Positions 18,232 to 27,623 of a stretch of DNA of 39,768 bases are shown piece after piece (the stretch's first letter is position 1; each line of letters begins with the position of its first letter). The notes below the pieces were generated by a model. That model saw only the letters and a program-made list of their open reading frames with translations, was not told the DNA's origin and searched no databases. Both the position numbers and the translations under genes were made by a program. This DNA comes from a virus: positions 1 through 39,768 of IMG/VR virus record IMGVR_UViG_3300031760_006869; one strand, given 5' to 3'.

Positions 18232-18594
18232 ATGAATGTTAGAAGTTTAAGGAAATTCATTCATGAAGCTTCCAAAAGGCAACATGAAGTGATATTCAAT
18301 TGCAAGAACAATAACAGTTTCACTTTCCTACCTTTCAGAATCCCTCCTTTAGACTTCAAATCAGAATTTGACGGATTGCTGATTAATTGTGATGATGAGG
18401 ATTTTATGGGTGCAGGTGAATTCCTGGTGCATGTTCATCATTTGGAAATCAACGGTGATGATAATGTTATCAGGTTGACTAAATTGGATGATGTGACTGA
18501 TGATCCTATTAGTATGCGTGAGTTTTCATTGAATGATATTAAAAGCTTATGCTCTTTTAAAAGTGATTTTGTGGAGGAAACAGAGGATGTGTGA
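18232..18594 (+). CDS. Hypothetical protein
   Basis: 120-aa ORF with RBS. Confidence 0.65.
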   Translation: MNVRSLRKFIHEASKRQHEVIFNCKNNNSFTFLPFRIPPLDFKSEFDGLLINCDDEDFMGAGEFLVHVHHLEINGDDNVIRLTKLDDVTDDPISMREFSLNDIKSLCSFKSDFVEETEDV

Positions 18595-18709
18595 TAGTAT
18601 TCAGATGACTCTTGTTCCTTTTTATTGCAGTGAAAGTATCTTGAGAATGTTCATTGAACATTACAAGACACAGTTATCTTATCTTAAATGGTATTACCGG
18701 AGGGATTGA
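18587..18709 (+). CDS. 40-aa hypothetical protein
   Basis: Hand-translated; fills the operon gap. Confidence 0.35.
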   Translation: MCDSIQMTLVPFYCSESILRMFIEHYKTQLSYLKWYYRRD

Positions 18710-18712
18710 ATA

Positions 18713-18889
18713 ATGGCAGATAATAGTATTTGCAAGTATTGCAAGAATTATAAGACTAAAAAATTAAATGGTAGAGTTGTTTCTCAATATTGCTCTGCTA
18801 CTGATGTGAGCTCTTATGATTATGTTGAATGTGATTGGTTCGGCAAGAAGTTAATTGTAAGGATAAAAGAATTGTTAGGGTTGTTATGA
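18713..18889 (+). CDS. 58-aa Cys4 small protein
   Basis: MADNSICKYCKNY...YC...ECDWF. GGAGG RBS. Confidence 0.6.
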   Translation: MADNSICKYCKNYKTKKLNGRVVSQYCSATDVSSYDYVECDWFGKKLIVRIKELLGLL

Positions 18890-19290
18890 TGGATGATAAG
18901 AAAATTTACTATGGTGAAAGGTTGGAGAAACCTATAATCTTGGAGAACAAAGAGTATGAGGGTTATGAGTATTACATCATAACTCTTGGAAGTCATCCGT
19001 GCTGTTATGTACTATTGCCTAAAGGACATAATTATCATGGAGAACATTATGATGATATTCCCATTAAGTGTCATTTTGGTTTGACATATAGTGAACCTAC
19101 TTTGTTAAGAGATAATATAATTACTGGTGGGCAATGGGTTATCGGTTGGGATTATGCTCATATTGGAGATTATAGCATTTTCCATTTGCCTTTGATGGAG
19201 TCTACCAAAGACGGCCATAAGTGGACTTTGGATGAGTTACGCTGTGAGGTTTATGAAGTTATAGATCAACTAGTGAATGGTGATGAATGA
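18886..19290 (+). CDS. Conserved-looking phage hypothetical protein
   Basis: HPCCYV...CHFGLTYS...WVIGWDYAH motif of a kind common in tailed-virus early genes; family not named. Confidence 0.65.
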   Translation: MMDDKKIYYGERLEKPIILENKEYEGYEYYIITLGSHPCCYVLLPKGHNYHGEHYDDIPIKCHFGLTYSEPTLLRDNIITGGQWVIGWDYAHIGDYSIFHLPLMESTKDGHKWTLDELRCEVYEVIDQLVNGDE

Positions 19291-19772
19291 TGAGTTTGTA
19301 TGTGAGAGATTTGAAGAAAATATTGGAAGGTCTTGATGATGATACTGTAGTGGAGATAGATACTGTTGATGGAATCAAGCCAGTACATGAGGTCCAATTC
19401 CAAGATATAGGATATTTCTGTGGAATCAATTCCAATTATGAACCTATAGAATCTACTTATCCTGCATTGGTCCTTGTTTTAGGGCATCAAGTTTTCCAGG
19501 AAGGAACAATAAGTGACCGTGAATTGTTTGACTTTTGTTATGAGGAAAGGGATCCTTTAATCAAGGAGATAAGCTTTTGGATTAAGAAAGGCTTGACTGA
19601 TGATGGTAAGAGGAAGATTAGTAGGAAGACTGCAGATAAATGGAATGGTATATTATGGGATATGCTATGGCATTTACCAGTCACTAATCATAAGAAGGTT
19701 GGGAATTATAGTGTTGACAGTAATGGGTGTTTGCATTTTCATGGTAAGCAACCGAAGACAAACGGTGGTTGA
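19287..19772 (+). CDS. Hypothetical protein
   Basis: 161-aa ORF with ATGA overlap. Confidence 0.65.
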   Translation: MMSLYVRDLKKILEGLDDDTVVEIDTVDGIKPVHEVQFQDIGYFCGINSNYEPIESTYPALVLVLGHQVFQEGTISDRELFDFCYEERDPLIKEISFWIKKGLTDDGKRKISRKTADKWNGILWDMLWHLPVTNHKKVGNYSVDSNGCLHFHGKQPKTNGG

Positions 19773-19774
19773 AG

Positions 19775-20140
19775 ATGAGTGAGAAAAGAGTTTGTGATTC
19801 TTGTATTCATAGGAGCTACCCTACTGGGCAGAGGTATGAGTATTTTGAAAACAAGGATATTTACATTCGAGATAACCTGACTGGTGAAAGGTTTTATATG
19901 TCTGACTTGGATATGTTATGTAATCTGTTAAATAATTATGATAAGGATTGGCAGAGAAAAAGAGTTGAAAGAGCATTGGAAATCCAAAAGGAATGTTTTA
20001 AAATAAAAGATATTCCTATTGAAAAGAAAACGTGTGGATATTGCAAACATTTCCATTTAGATGGAATGTTCGGTTTATGGTGTGAGAAAGACCATGACTG
20101 GACATTAGTTAATGAAAATTGTTCAGACTTTGAAAGGTGA
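19775..20140 (+). CDS. Hypothetical protein with Cys4 motif
   Basis: CDSCIH at the N-terminus and CGYCKHF...WC...NCSDF at the C-terminus. Confidence 0.65.
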   Translation: MSEKRVCDSCIHRSYPTGQRYEYFENKDIYIRDNLTGERFYMSDLDMLCNLLNNYDKDWQRKRVERALEIQKECFKIKDIPIEKKTCGYCKHFHLDGMFGLWCEKDHDWTLVNENCSDFER

Positions 20141-20144
20141 AAGA

Positions 20145-20570
20145 ATGAGTGAGAAACGATTTATTCGGAATATTGAAGGGAATATTTACGATATGAAAAA
20201 TCATAAATTTATTAAAGAGGATTGGAAAGGCAAACATCTTGATTATGATGATGACCTTGTTGTTTTATTGAATGAATTAGCAGAAGAAAATGAAAAGTTA
20301 AAGAAAAAGTTGTATATTGTTGAAACAGATTGTAAAAATGTGAAAGAAAGCAGAAACCATTACAGAAAAGAGAATGAACTGTTGAAACAAGATAACCAAA
20401 GACAAAAGACCTTAAGAAATAAACATTGGAGAGAAATTCAAGCAAGAGCAAATGCATATAATCGCATTATCAGTTCTTTAGAGGATATTATTCCACAACC
20501 TATGATTGAAGAGTTAAGGAATGCTCCTTTATTGGATCGTGATTATGAAGGAGTGGAATCTAATGAGTGA
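20145..20570 (+). CDS. Coiled-coil hypothetical protein
   Basis: AGGTGA RBS. LLNELAEENEKLKKKL heptads. Confidence 0.65.
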   Translation: MSEKRFIRNIEGNIYDMKNHKFIKEDWKGKHLDYDDDLVVLLNELAEENEKLKKKLYIVETDCKNVKESRNHYRKENELLKQDNQRQKTLRNKHWREIQARANAYNRIISSLEDIIPQPMIEELRNAPLLDRDYEGVESNE

Positions 20571-20751
20571 GGAAAAGATCCATACCAAAGTTTCATGTCA
20601 ACAATGCAAAAACTTTTTAGACTATGGATACGCTTTTGAAGGAGTAGAAGTAACCGATTGCGATTTAGGACGTTACAAAGAACATACCTACGCAGAACAA
20701 CACGGTTACATCACAGAATGCGAATACTGGGAGGCCAAAGAATGCCACTGA
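20563..20751 (+). CDS. Cys4 small protein
   Basis: MSEEK...CQQCKNF...DC...ECEYW. Confidence 0.6.
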   Translation: MSEEKIHTKVSCQQCKNFLDYGYAFEGVEVTDCDLGRYKEHTYAEQHGYITECEYWEAKECH

Positions 20752-21077
20752 AACCAATAATATGTATAGACTTTGACGGTGTACTTAACAATTACAACGG
20801 ATATGATGGAGATAACCTAGGAACACCAAAAGACGGTGCAAAGGAATTCCTTGAAAAACTCAGTAAAAGATTCACTGTAATCATATTAACTGTTCGCAGA
20901 TACAGTCTAGTCATAAAATGGTTAGTTGATTATAATTTGTGGGATTATGTTCAAGATGTTACAAGCATAAAACCTGCAGCTGTATGTTATGTGGATGACA
21001 GGGGAATTAATTTCAATGGAGATTACGACAAAGCCCTAAAAGACATTAACAATTTCAAAACCTACTGGGAGAAATGA
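20742..21077 (+). CDS. HAD-superfamily phosphatase-like protein
   Basis: IICIDFDGVL (DxD), LTVR and YVDDR motifs. GGAGG RBS before ATG 20742. Confidence 0.8.
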   Translation: MPLKPIICIDFDGVLNNYNGYDGDNLGTPKDGAKEFLEKLSKRFTVIILTVRRYSLVIKWLVDYNLWDYVQDVTSIKPAAVCYVDDRGINFNGDYDKALKDINNFKTYWEK

Positions 21078-21080
21078 TTT

Positions 21081-21248
21081 ATGAGAATATCAAAATTATG
21101 TTATCAAATAGTAGGGATCATAATAGCTCAACTGGTTTACATATACCTGGCTTCAAGGATAGGTTGGGCTTGGGATACTGAAATGGGAGGGTTTACCATA
21201 TTCCTTGTAGGCTTCATCACGGCAAAAATAATAGGGGATTTCTTATGA
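21081..21248 (+). CDS. 55-aa two-TM membrane protein
   Basis: Hand-translated MRISKLCYQIVGIIIAQLVYIYLA...FTIFLVGFITAKIIGDFL. Confidence 0.55.
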   Translation: MRISKLCYQIVGIIIAQLVYIYLASRIGWAWDTEMGGFTIFLVGFITAKIIGDFL

Positions 21249-21412
21249 AACAGAAATTAGAGTATTATTTTATTAAATTGTTTTTCAAAGTGATAAAAGA
21301 TTACACAATATTCTTTCTAGTGGAGGATGGAGCATATTATGTAAATGACATTATGATTGATACCAAAACAAAAGATATAGTTATGAAATACGTTGAAAGA
21401 AGGGAGGAATAA
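21245..21412 (+). CDS. 55-aa hypothetical protein
   Basis: Hand-translated; ATGA overlap. Confidence 0.45.
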   Translation: MKQKLEYYFIKLFFKVIKDYTIFFLVEDGAYYVNDIMIDTKTKDIVMKYVERREE

Positions 21413-21415
21413 CAA

Positions 21416-21781
21416 TTGAATGATTTAGGATTTAATGAAGAATACATTAACCCAATAAAGGAAGGAATCAAAACCAGCACAATACGTAGACATTTCAATG
21501 CAAAAATAGAGGATAAGATTCAAGCTTACAATGCTGACAAAGTCATCTTTGAAAACCTAAGATGCAAACCATTCGGTAATCTCAAAATAACAAGCATAGA
21601 ATACATACGCTTCGATGAGATAAATAAGGAAATCGCAAGGACAGAAGGATACTTGCATGAAGACCTATTGAAGGAAACATTATACGAAATTTATGATGAA
21701 ATCAAACCTTCAACATTACTTTACTATATACAATTTGAATTCATATCTTTAGAGGATGAGGATAATGAACCAACTGAATGA
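21416..21781 (+). CDS. ASCH-domain (PUA-like) protein
   Basis: FNEEYINPIKEGIKTSTIRR...LKITSIEYIRFDEINKEIARTEGY. Confidence 0.8.
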   Translation: MNDLGFNEEYINPIKEGIKTSTIRRHFNAKIEDKIQAYNADKVIFENLRCKPFGNLKITSIEYIRFDEINKEIARTEGYLHEDLLKETLYEIYDEIKPSTLLYYIQFEFISLEDEDNEPTE

Positions 21782-21877
21782 AAAGTTAAGAATAATAAGG
21801 ATACAAATTCAAGCTGAGGAAATGCAGCCAAAACCAGATATTGAAAAACTTAAATCATTAAGGAGTGTGGAAAGATC

Positions 21878-22093
21878 ATGCTTGAAGCAGCTTATGAAAT
21901 AATCATCTCAATGATAAGTATGTTCTTAGCAGGAACAATGTTAGGATGGTTCCTAAAGGATTATCAGTATACACGCAACAAGATAAAAGAAGCTGAAAAA
22001 CAATATGTCACTTGGAATGTTCCTGATCATGCCAACTGCAGATGCAGCATACAATATCCTGAAGACGGTGTTGATGATGATGAGCAAATGTAA
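21878..22093 (+). CDS. Small N-terminal-TM protein with HANCRC motif
   Basis: Hydrophobic N-terminal helix and C-terminal PDHANCRCSIQY. Confidence 0.55.
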   Translation: MLEAAYEIIISMISMFLAGTMLGWFLKDYQYTRNKIKEAEKQYVTWNVPDHANCRCSIQYPEDGVDDDEQM

Positions 22094-22385
22094 ATGGTGC
22101 GGAAAAGAATACAAGAAAAAATACAACAATCAAGCTTGCTGCAGCAAGGAATGCCAGGACAAGCTGACTGCAGAAAACAGTGCCAAGTCAAGCATGCGAC
22201 ATTACTACAAACACAAAATAGGGAACACTAGCAAAAAAGCAGTCACAAGCCTTGGCAGCAAAGGCACATCAAGTTCAACGAAACCAAAAGACACACCTGA
22301 AGATGAACATGAATGGGCGGTAAATGAAGCAAAAAGAATAGGGTTCAACATAAAAAAGTTTAATGGTCCTTTAGCAGCAAAATAA
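22074..22385 (+). CDS. Zinc-finger protein
   Basis: CKWCGKEY...CCSKEC followed by a basic region. Confidence 0.65.
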   Translation: MMMSKCKWCGKEYKKKYNNQACCSKECQDKLTAENSAKSSMRHYYKHKIGNTSKKAVTSLGSKGTSSSTKPKDTPEDEHEWAVNEAKRIGFNIKKFNGPLAAK

Positions 22386-22565
22386 GAAAATGTTTCTATA
22401 TTGTCAGAACAATATAATGAGAAGAACTATATATTGCATTGTTTTTCTCTTTTTACGTCCATGTGAACTACACATATTCTGTGATAAATTTACCATTTTT
22501 AAAGCAATGAAAAAAATACCTTTTAAATTATCTAAAAAATTCGATTTCCTGGTTGGCATAAAAAC

Positions 22566-22760
22566 ATGACTACCACAAACAAGAAACGTAGAATAAGTTG
22601 CCCTTGTTGTGGCAGTACAAATTTATGCCTCCTGGAAGATGAAACATATTGCAGAGAATGCGGCCTTGTACTGCAAGGTGTGCCAAGTATAGATCACTAT
22701 GAATATGGGTACATAATAGGAGGCAAAAGACAATTGTATACTGAAAGGAGGATAGAATAA
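22566..22760 (+). CDS. Stand-alone TFB/TFIIB-type zinc-ribbon protein
   Basis: CPCCGSTNL...ETYCRECGLVL resembles the archaeal TFB N-terminal ribbon. Confidence 0.7.
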   Translation: MTTTNKKRRISCPCCGSTNLCLLEDETYCRECGLVLQGVPSIDHYEYGYIIGGKRQLYTERRIE

Positions 22761-22981
22761 ACCATCATGCAAAAAGAAGGGGGAAAATAGGGCATATTTT
22801 CTTATATATCATTTCGTAGATGTCATCTAGATTTTAATTTCTAATTTTCATATAAACTCTTTAAATATTTCATATAACATGTTTACAAAAAAAATCGCTA
22901 AAACATAATATCTTATAATTTCATAATATATTCCTATTTTCATAAAATCGCTTATCCTCATTTTTCTTTTTGTGTGGTGGT
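22761..22981 (+). ncRNA. Candidate structured RNA C (3' UTR or sRNA)
   Basis: 18-bp contiguous stem 22761-22778/22964-22981 with three G:U pairs, plus 10-bp stem 22783-22792/22932-22941. Confidence 0.45.
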
Positions 22982-23073
22982 TTATTGTATCTTCCTTTAT
23001 TAAATTTTGCAAAAAAACATTTATTAATAGCTTCTACAATTTTTTTGCCTTTAAAAAAGAAATAGCCAAAAAT

Positions 23074-23135
23074 AGGGAGGTCCAAAAGATTTTTCTTATC
23101 AGGGGGAAAAATCTTTAGGATTCTCCCTTTTTTTT
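23074..23135 (+). terminator. Long hairpin plus T-tract between middle and packaging genes
   Basis: agggaggtcc/ggattctccct plus aaagatttttc/gaaaaatcttt, then a T-run. Confidence 0.65.
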
Positions 23136-23181
23136 ATAAAAAAATTATACTAAATTTAAAAAAATAATTAAGGTGTTATGA

Positions 23182-23547
23182 TTGACTTGCAATTGTATCT
23201 ATGAAGAACGTTTAGCTACTATAGAAAAAGACATAGCGGAACTTAAAGTAAAAATGGATACCAAAAATGATAGTCTTTACACTCTTAACAAAGAAATAAT
23301 GCAGGATAGACGCCACCAGCAGGAATTGCTTGAAAGGGTTACAAAGGTTACCGTGTTACTAGAAGAAAGCCAAAAGCAAAGGCATGACAACAATGATAAG
23401 ATTAAAGCTTTGGAAGATAAGATTGACAAGTTACAGGATGAGGTAACTAAACAGTCAAGCAGCCTTTCAAGTTTCAGAAATACTATGATAGCCTTGATAC
23501 CGATAATAAGCATAATTGTTGGAATAGTGCTTCATTTCCTAGCGTAA
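23182..23547 (+). CDS. Coiled-coil protein with C-terminal TM helix
   Basis: Heptad repeats, then MIALIPIISIIVGIVLHFLA. AAGGTG RBS with TTG start. Confidence 0.7.
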   Translation: MTCNCIYEERLATIEKDIAELKVKMDTKNDSLYTLNKEIMQDRRHQQELLERVTKVTVLLEESQKQRHDNNDKIKALEDKIDKLQDEVTKQSSSLSSFRNTMIALIPIISIIVGIVLHFLA

Positions 23548-23550
23548 AGG

Positions 23551-23600
23551 TGTAAACCTTTACAACCTTTTACATTTACAAATATTGTAAACCTTTACAA
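23551..23600. repeat. Duplicated 15-bp quasi-palindrome TGTAAACCTTTACAA upstream of terS
   Basis: Exact copies at 23551-23565 and 23586-23600, with partial copies between and before. Confidence 0.7.
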
Positions 23601-23616
23601 AAATTGGTTATATGAT

Positions 23617-24180
23617 GTGTATATTATGCCACCTAGAAGTGCAGTTGAGAGAAGCGAACACAGAGATGAAATAGATGACTTATTATTGGAGGGTAAGTCT
23701 CCGAGATTTGTATCTGCTTGGTTGAAGGATTCATATAATGAACACATATCTCATACTGCTATAAACAATTATCGTAAAAACAAACTCAACGTCACAGAAG
23801 AGGCCGCCAAGGTTTACCATGAAAGAAGACAAAAAGAAAAAAAGGCCGATGAGAAAACCGATAAGAAAAAACAGAGAAAGGTCCGTAAAGTTGTATCTGA
23901 CCTTGAAAAACTAGATGTTATCATAGAGGATTCCTACAACATAAAAATAGACATTGAAAGATTGGAGAAAGACCTGGATTCAGACCAGGTGCAAGTTGAA
24001 AAGTTAAAGCTTCAACAAAGAAAACAAGCAATCGAAGCAATAAACGCTAAAAACAACATCCTAAAGAATGATGACACTAACATTGAAGTAAACATCAATA
24101 ACAACTTTGATGATCTCTTCAGTGAGGAAGACATTTTGAGGTTTATTGATGAATCCGATTTTATTGAAAAAGACACTTAA
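23617..24180 (+). CDS. terS: Terminase small subunit (putative)
   Basis: N-terminal HTH-like region plus helical region, overlapping terL. ATG 23626 is an alternative start. Confidence 0.7.
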   Translation: MYIMPPRSAVERSEHRDEIDDLLLEGKSPRFVSAWLKDSYNEHISHTAINNYRKNKLNVTEEAAKVYHERRQKEKKADEKTDKKKQRKVRKVVSDLEKLDVIIEDSYNIKIDIERLEKDLDSDQVQVEKLKLQQRKQAIEAINAKNNILKNDDTNIEVNINNNFDDLFSEEDILRFIDESDFIEKDT

Positions 24181-25549
24181 TAATCTTTACCTTTTTTACA
24201 GAGCATTCGTAGCCAACGGTTACGAGGATAACGTTCATGCTCCACACATAGAAAAATTAGCTAGAAAGCTAACTGAAATAACCTTCAAGCCTACAGCAAA
24301 GAACAGGTTATGTGTTAGTGTTCCGCCACAGCACAGTAAATCAAGCCTTATCACCATTGCATATACAGTATGGCTAATACTGCAGAACCCAAACTTGAAA
24401 ATATTAGTGATAAATGCAGAATCAAGCCTAAGTGAAACCTTTGGTATACAGATAAGAGACCTTATACAACGCTTAAATGGGTTGAATGGAGTTACAATAT
24501 CCAATGTCAAATCATCAAACACCTACATAATGTTTGAAAAGAACGGCAAACTGGCAAAAGGCCACATCCGTTTAGTAGGTGCAAGCGGAAGTATTACAGG
24601 ACATCCTGAAGATGTGATTATAATCGATGATCCATACAAAGGAATCGATGACATAACTCCCACATTACTGGAAAAGAAATGGCTCTGGTATTCCACTATT
24701 GTAGAACAACGTTTCCGCCCAAGAACAATAGGAATCATACTCCATACCAGATGGCACAGTAACGACCTAATAGGGCATCTTCAAGAGGAGGAACCAGACA
24801 AATACGATTTCATGAGCTTCCCAGCCATAGACGATAATGGAAATGTTTTATGGCCTCAATATTACGATATGGATTTTTACTTACATAAGCAAAAAAGACT
24901 TGGAGACAGAATGTTCCAAGCATTATACCAGCAGAAGCCTTTAGACTTGACCAGTAACTTTTTTTATACTGATAACATCATTTGGGAGGAAACTCCTTTA
25001 AATTCATATTACCTTCATGATTGCAGAAGCTGGGATATGGCATATACAGAAGCCACTAACCCAAATGCAAAAAATGCAGACTACACTGATGGTGTGGACG
25101 CATATAAGGTTAATGAAAACCATTACCATTTTGAAGATTTCATACATGGGCAATTCGGTAAAGAGAATATCCGTAAAGTCCAGTCAACAGCAAGAATGGA
25201 TGGTTTGAACAAGAAGATCCTTATTGAAACAGGTACCAAAGGTGGAGCTGCAAAAGAACTGTACAACCTATGGAGCGATGATTATTTGGAAGAGTATAAT
25301 TGTGAACAATCAGAGCCATGGGGTACAAAACTGGATAGGGCTCAAGCATTGGCAGATGCAATGTATGATGGGAAAATTCATTTTTACATACCAGATAAGG
25401 AATTACGGAAAACAGTATTAAGCCAGTTCAAGGCATTCCCCAACGGAGAGCATGATGACATCATAGACTGTTGCTCTTATGCTCTACTGTATCTTAAAGA
25501 CAAGGGCGATATAACTGGCATTTACGGAACTGGAGACACAAATTATTGA
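24146..25549 (+). CDS. terL: Terminase large subunit
   Basis: VPPQHSKS Walker A, IIIDDP Walker B, HTRWH, RSWD nuclease motif, and FPNGEHDDIID. Confidence 0.95.
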   Translation: MMNPILLKKTLNNLYLFYRAFVANGYEDNVHAPHIEKLARKLTEITFKPTAKNRLCVSVPPQHSKSSLITIAYTVWLILQNPNLKILVINAESSLSETFGIQIRDLIQRLNGLNGVTISNVKSSNTYIMFEKNGKLAKGHIRLVGASGSITGHPEDVIIIDDPYKGIDDITPTLLEKKWLWYSTIVEQRFRPRTIGIILHTRWHSNDLIGHLQEEEPDKYDFMSFPAIDDNGNVLWPQYYDMDFYLHKQKRLGDRMFQALYQQKPLDLTSNFFYTDNIIWEETPLNSYYLHDCRSWDMAYTEATNPNAKNADYTDGVDAYKVNENHYHFEDFIHGQFGKENIRKVQSTARMDGLNKKILIETGTKGGAAKELYNLWSDDYLEEYNCEQSEPWGTKLDRAQALADAMYDGKIHFYIPDKELRKTVLSQFKAFPNGEHDDIIDCCSYALLYLKDKGDITGIYGTGDTNY

Positions 25550-25569
25550 AGGATAAGATGTGATATATT

Positions 25570-26889
25570 ATGAGCTTATACGATACTGCTAAAAATTTAA
25601 TCAAATCAACTATACCAACCAACCTAACAACAAGGGAATCATATAACAGCAACTCCCCAAGTGTAGGAACAGGTCAAAGTCTTTATGATGCATTAGTGGG
25701 AAGGCATACTGGCAAATACAGTTACCATGATTACAAAACCATCAGCCAGGATTACCAGGTCAAGATAGCATTGCAGATAGTGACAAACTTCCTTCTCAGC
25801 AAAAACTATATCATAACAAGCAATAGTGACGATGAAGAAGATGTCATGATAGCAGATTTTATCCAGGACATGCTAGACAATCTGGAAACACCATTAAGAG
25901 GTGTCCGTAAAAACGTTTACACTGCTATCAAATATGGTTACAGTGTTCATGAAAGAGTTTACAAGTTAAACACTGATGGAAAGATTGTATTGTCCGCATT
26001 ATACCCTTTACACATGAAAACATTACAATCAAATCCTTTCAAATTTGATGATGAAGGCAACCTTACACATATTCATCAACAATCAACTAACGGTTCTGCC
26101 GACATTGAAATAGGTAAAATACTATTATACAGTTTTGATGCAGAATTCGATGAGCTACAAGGAAACAGTCTCCTTAATGAATTGGATGACATTGTCAGAC
26201 CAAAAAAGAAAGTCCTTGAATGGCTTATAACATTCTTGCATAAAAATGAGAATCCTGTAATGTATGGTAAAACACGTGATGGCAAATCAGCTGCTGCAAT
26301 ACGCCACGGCTTCGATGAAATCTCCGGTGGAAAAACCAACATTACCGTTAACCTTGAAGATGAGATAGGAATATTGGAATCCAATCACCGTGGCGAAGGG
26401 TTTTTCAATGCAATCAACCTTTACGACAATGTCATTATGCGTAGGATGTTCATAGGAAACCTATTAATGGGAGATGGAGGTCAAACTGGAAGTTACAGTC
26501 AAAGCAATAGCCAAATGGAAATGACACTCAACATCTTCAACGGTATCCATGAAGACATATCCTCATGTTTCCAAGAAATGATAAATGAGATAGTTGAATG
26601 GAATTTCGGATCATCAGCTAAGGCACCGAATTTCAAGTTTGAATCATTCATTGGAAGAGACTATTTAGGTTTACTTCAAGCATTGCAGCCTTACTGCCAA
26701 AACATGCTTATAGACACATCCAGTCCTTGGTTTGAAGAGCTTATCTCTACAGCTGTTCAAGAGCAATCTGGAATCAAGGTAGATAAGGAGACAGTAAGTG
26801 AAGTTGATGATGCTGATGTGGATTATGCAATGACAGAAACATTGCCTGGAACTGATGAGGCTAATAATTTAATCAATCAGATAATATGA
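25570..26889 (+). CDS. Portal protein
   Basis: Position after terL, size 439 aa, AIKYGYSVHE and GGQTGSYSQS motifs (Mu gp29/DUF935-like). Confidence 0.85.
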   Translation: MSLYDTAKNLIKSTIPTNLTTRESYNSNSPSVGTGQSLYDALVGRHTGKYSYHDYKTISQDYQVKIALQIVTNFLLSKNYIITSNSDDEEDVMIADFIQDMLDNLETPLRGVRKNVYTAIKYGYSVHERVYKLNTDGKIVLSALYPLHMKTLQSNPFKFDDEGNLTHIHQQSTNGSADIEIGKILLYSFDAEFDELQGNSLLNELDDIVRPKKKVLEWLITFLHKNENPVMYGKTRDGKSAAAIRHGFDEISGGKTNITVNLEDEIGILESNHRGEGFFNAINLYDNVIMRRMFIGNLLMGDGGQTGSYSQSNSQMEMTLNIFNGIHEDISSCFQEMINEIVEWNFGSSAKAPNFKFESFIGRDYLGLLQALQPYCQNMLIDTSSPWFEELISTAVQEQSGIKVDKETVSEVDDADVDYAMTETLPGTDEANNLINQII

Positions 26890-27623
26890 GCAAAAAACCG
26901 AAAAGGCCAAACCTAAAGAAGCAAGTCAATACAAATACAAAGCGTTTCAAGGTTCTTATGAAAGACATTCGTAACGATGTCAAAGCAAGGACAAGAAACA
27001 GCAAGGACTTGGATGAATGGCTAGAAAAACTACAACCCTATGTTGGAGAGAACTGTCTAATCAATGGTGTTCATGGAGCCGAAGCAGCAGCCATAATAAG
27101 GAACATCGTAAAGACAGTTGAAATGACAAAGCTCCCTCCTGGTGCAAACCAGGAAATAGTCAAGGGAGTAATGAGTGAAGCCTGCATGACTTATGTCTCC
27201 AATGTAGGCAAAGACATACAAACAGAGCTACAAAGAATAGCTGTTGAATCTTACAATAATAAACTTGCTCCACGTGAAATAGCAGATGTGATGGCACAAA
27301 GGATAGATGTACTATCCACTACACGTTGTCAAGTCATAGCCAGAACTGAAACCATGAGAGCAAACAACTTATCTAACCTTATAGCTGCACGTGAGAATGG
27401 AGCACAATCCTACACTATAGAATGTGATCCTGGTGCATGTGAGTTATGCCTTGAAAAATACAAGGAACTTGAAGGAGACCAGGAAATACCTGAAGCCAGT
27501 AACGAATCCACTATTTTTGACATAATGGATACAGATAATTTCCCACCATTCCACCCAAACTGCAGATGCACTCCAAGGTTTAGCACAAAAACAGTCGAAC
27601 AAAGACTAGGAGACACTGAATAA
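26886..27623 (+). CDS. Head morphogenesis protein (SPP1 gp7 / Mu gpF-like)
   Basis: IARTET and PPFHPNCRC motifs. Confidence 0.9.
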   Translation: MSKKPKRPNLKKQVNTNTKRFKVLMKDIRNDVKARTRNSKDLDEWLEKLQPYVGENCLINGVHGAEAAAIIRNIVKTVEMTKLPPGANQEIVKGVMSEACMTYVSNVGKDIQTELQRIAVESYNNKLAPREIADVMAQRIDVLSTTRCQVIARTETMRANNLSNLIAARENGAQSYTIECDPGACELCLEKYKELEGDQEIPEASNESTIFDIMDTDNFPPFHPNCRCTPRFSTKTVEQRLGDTE

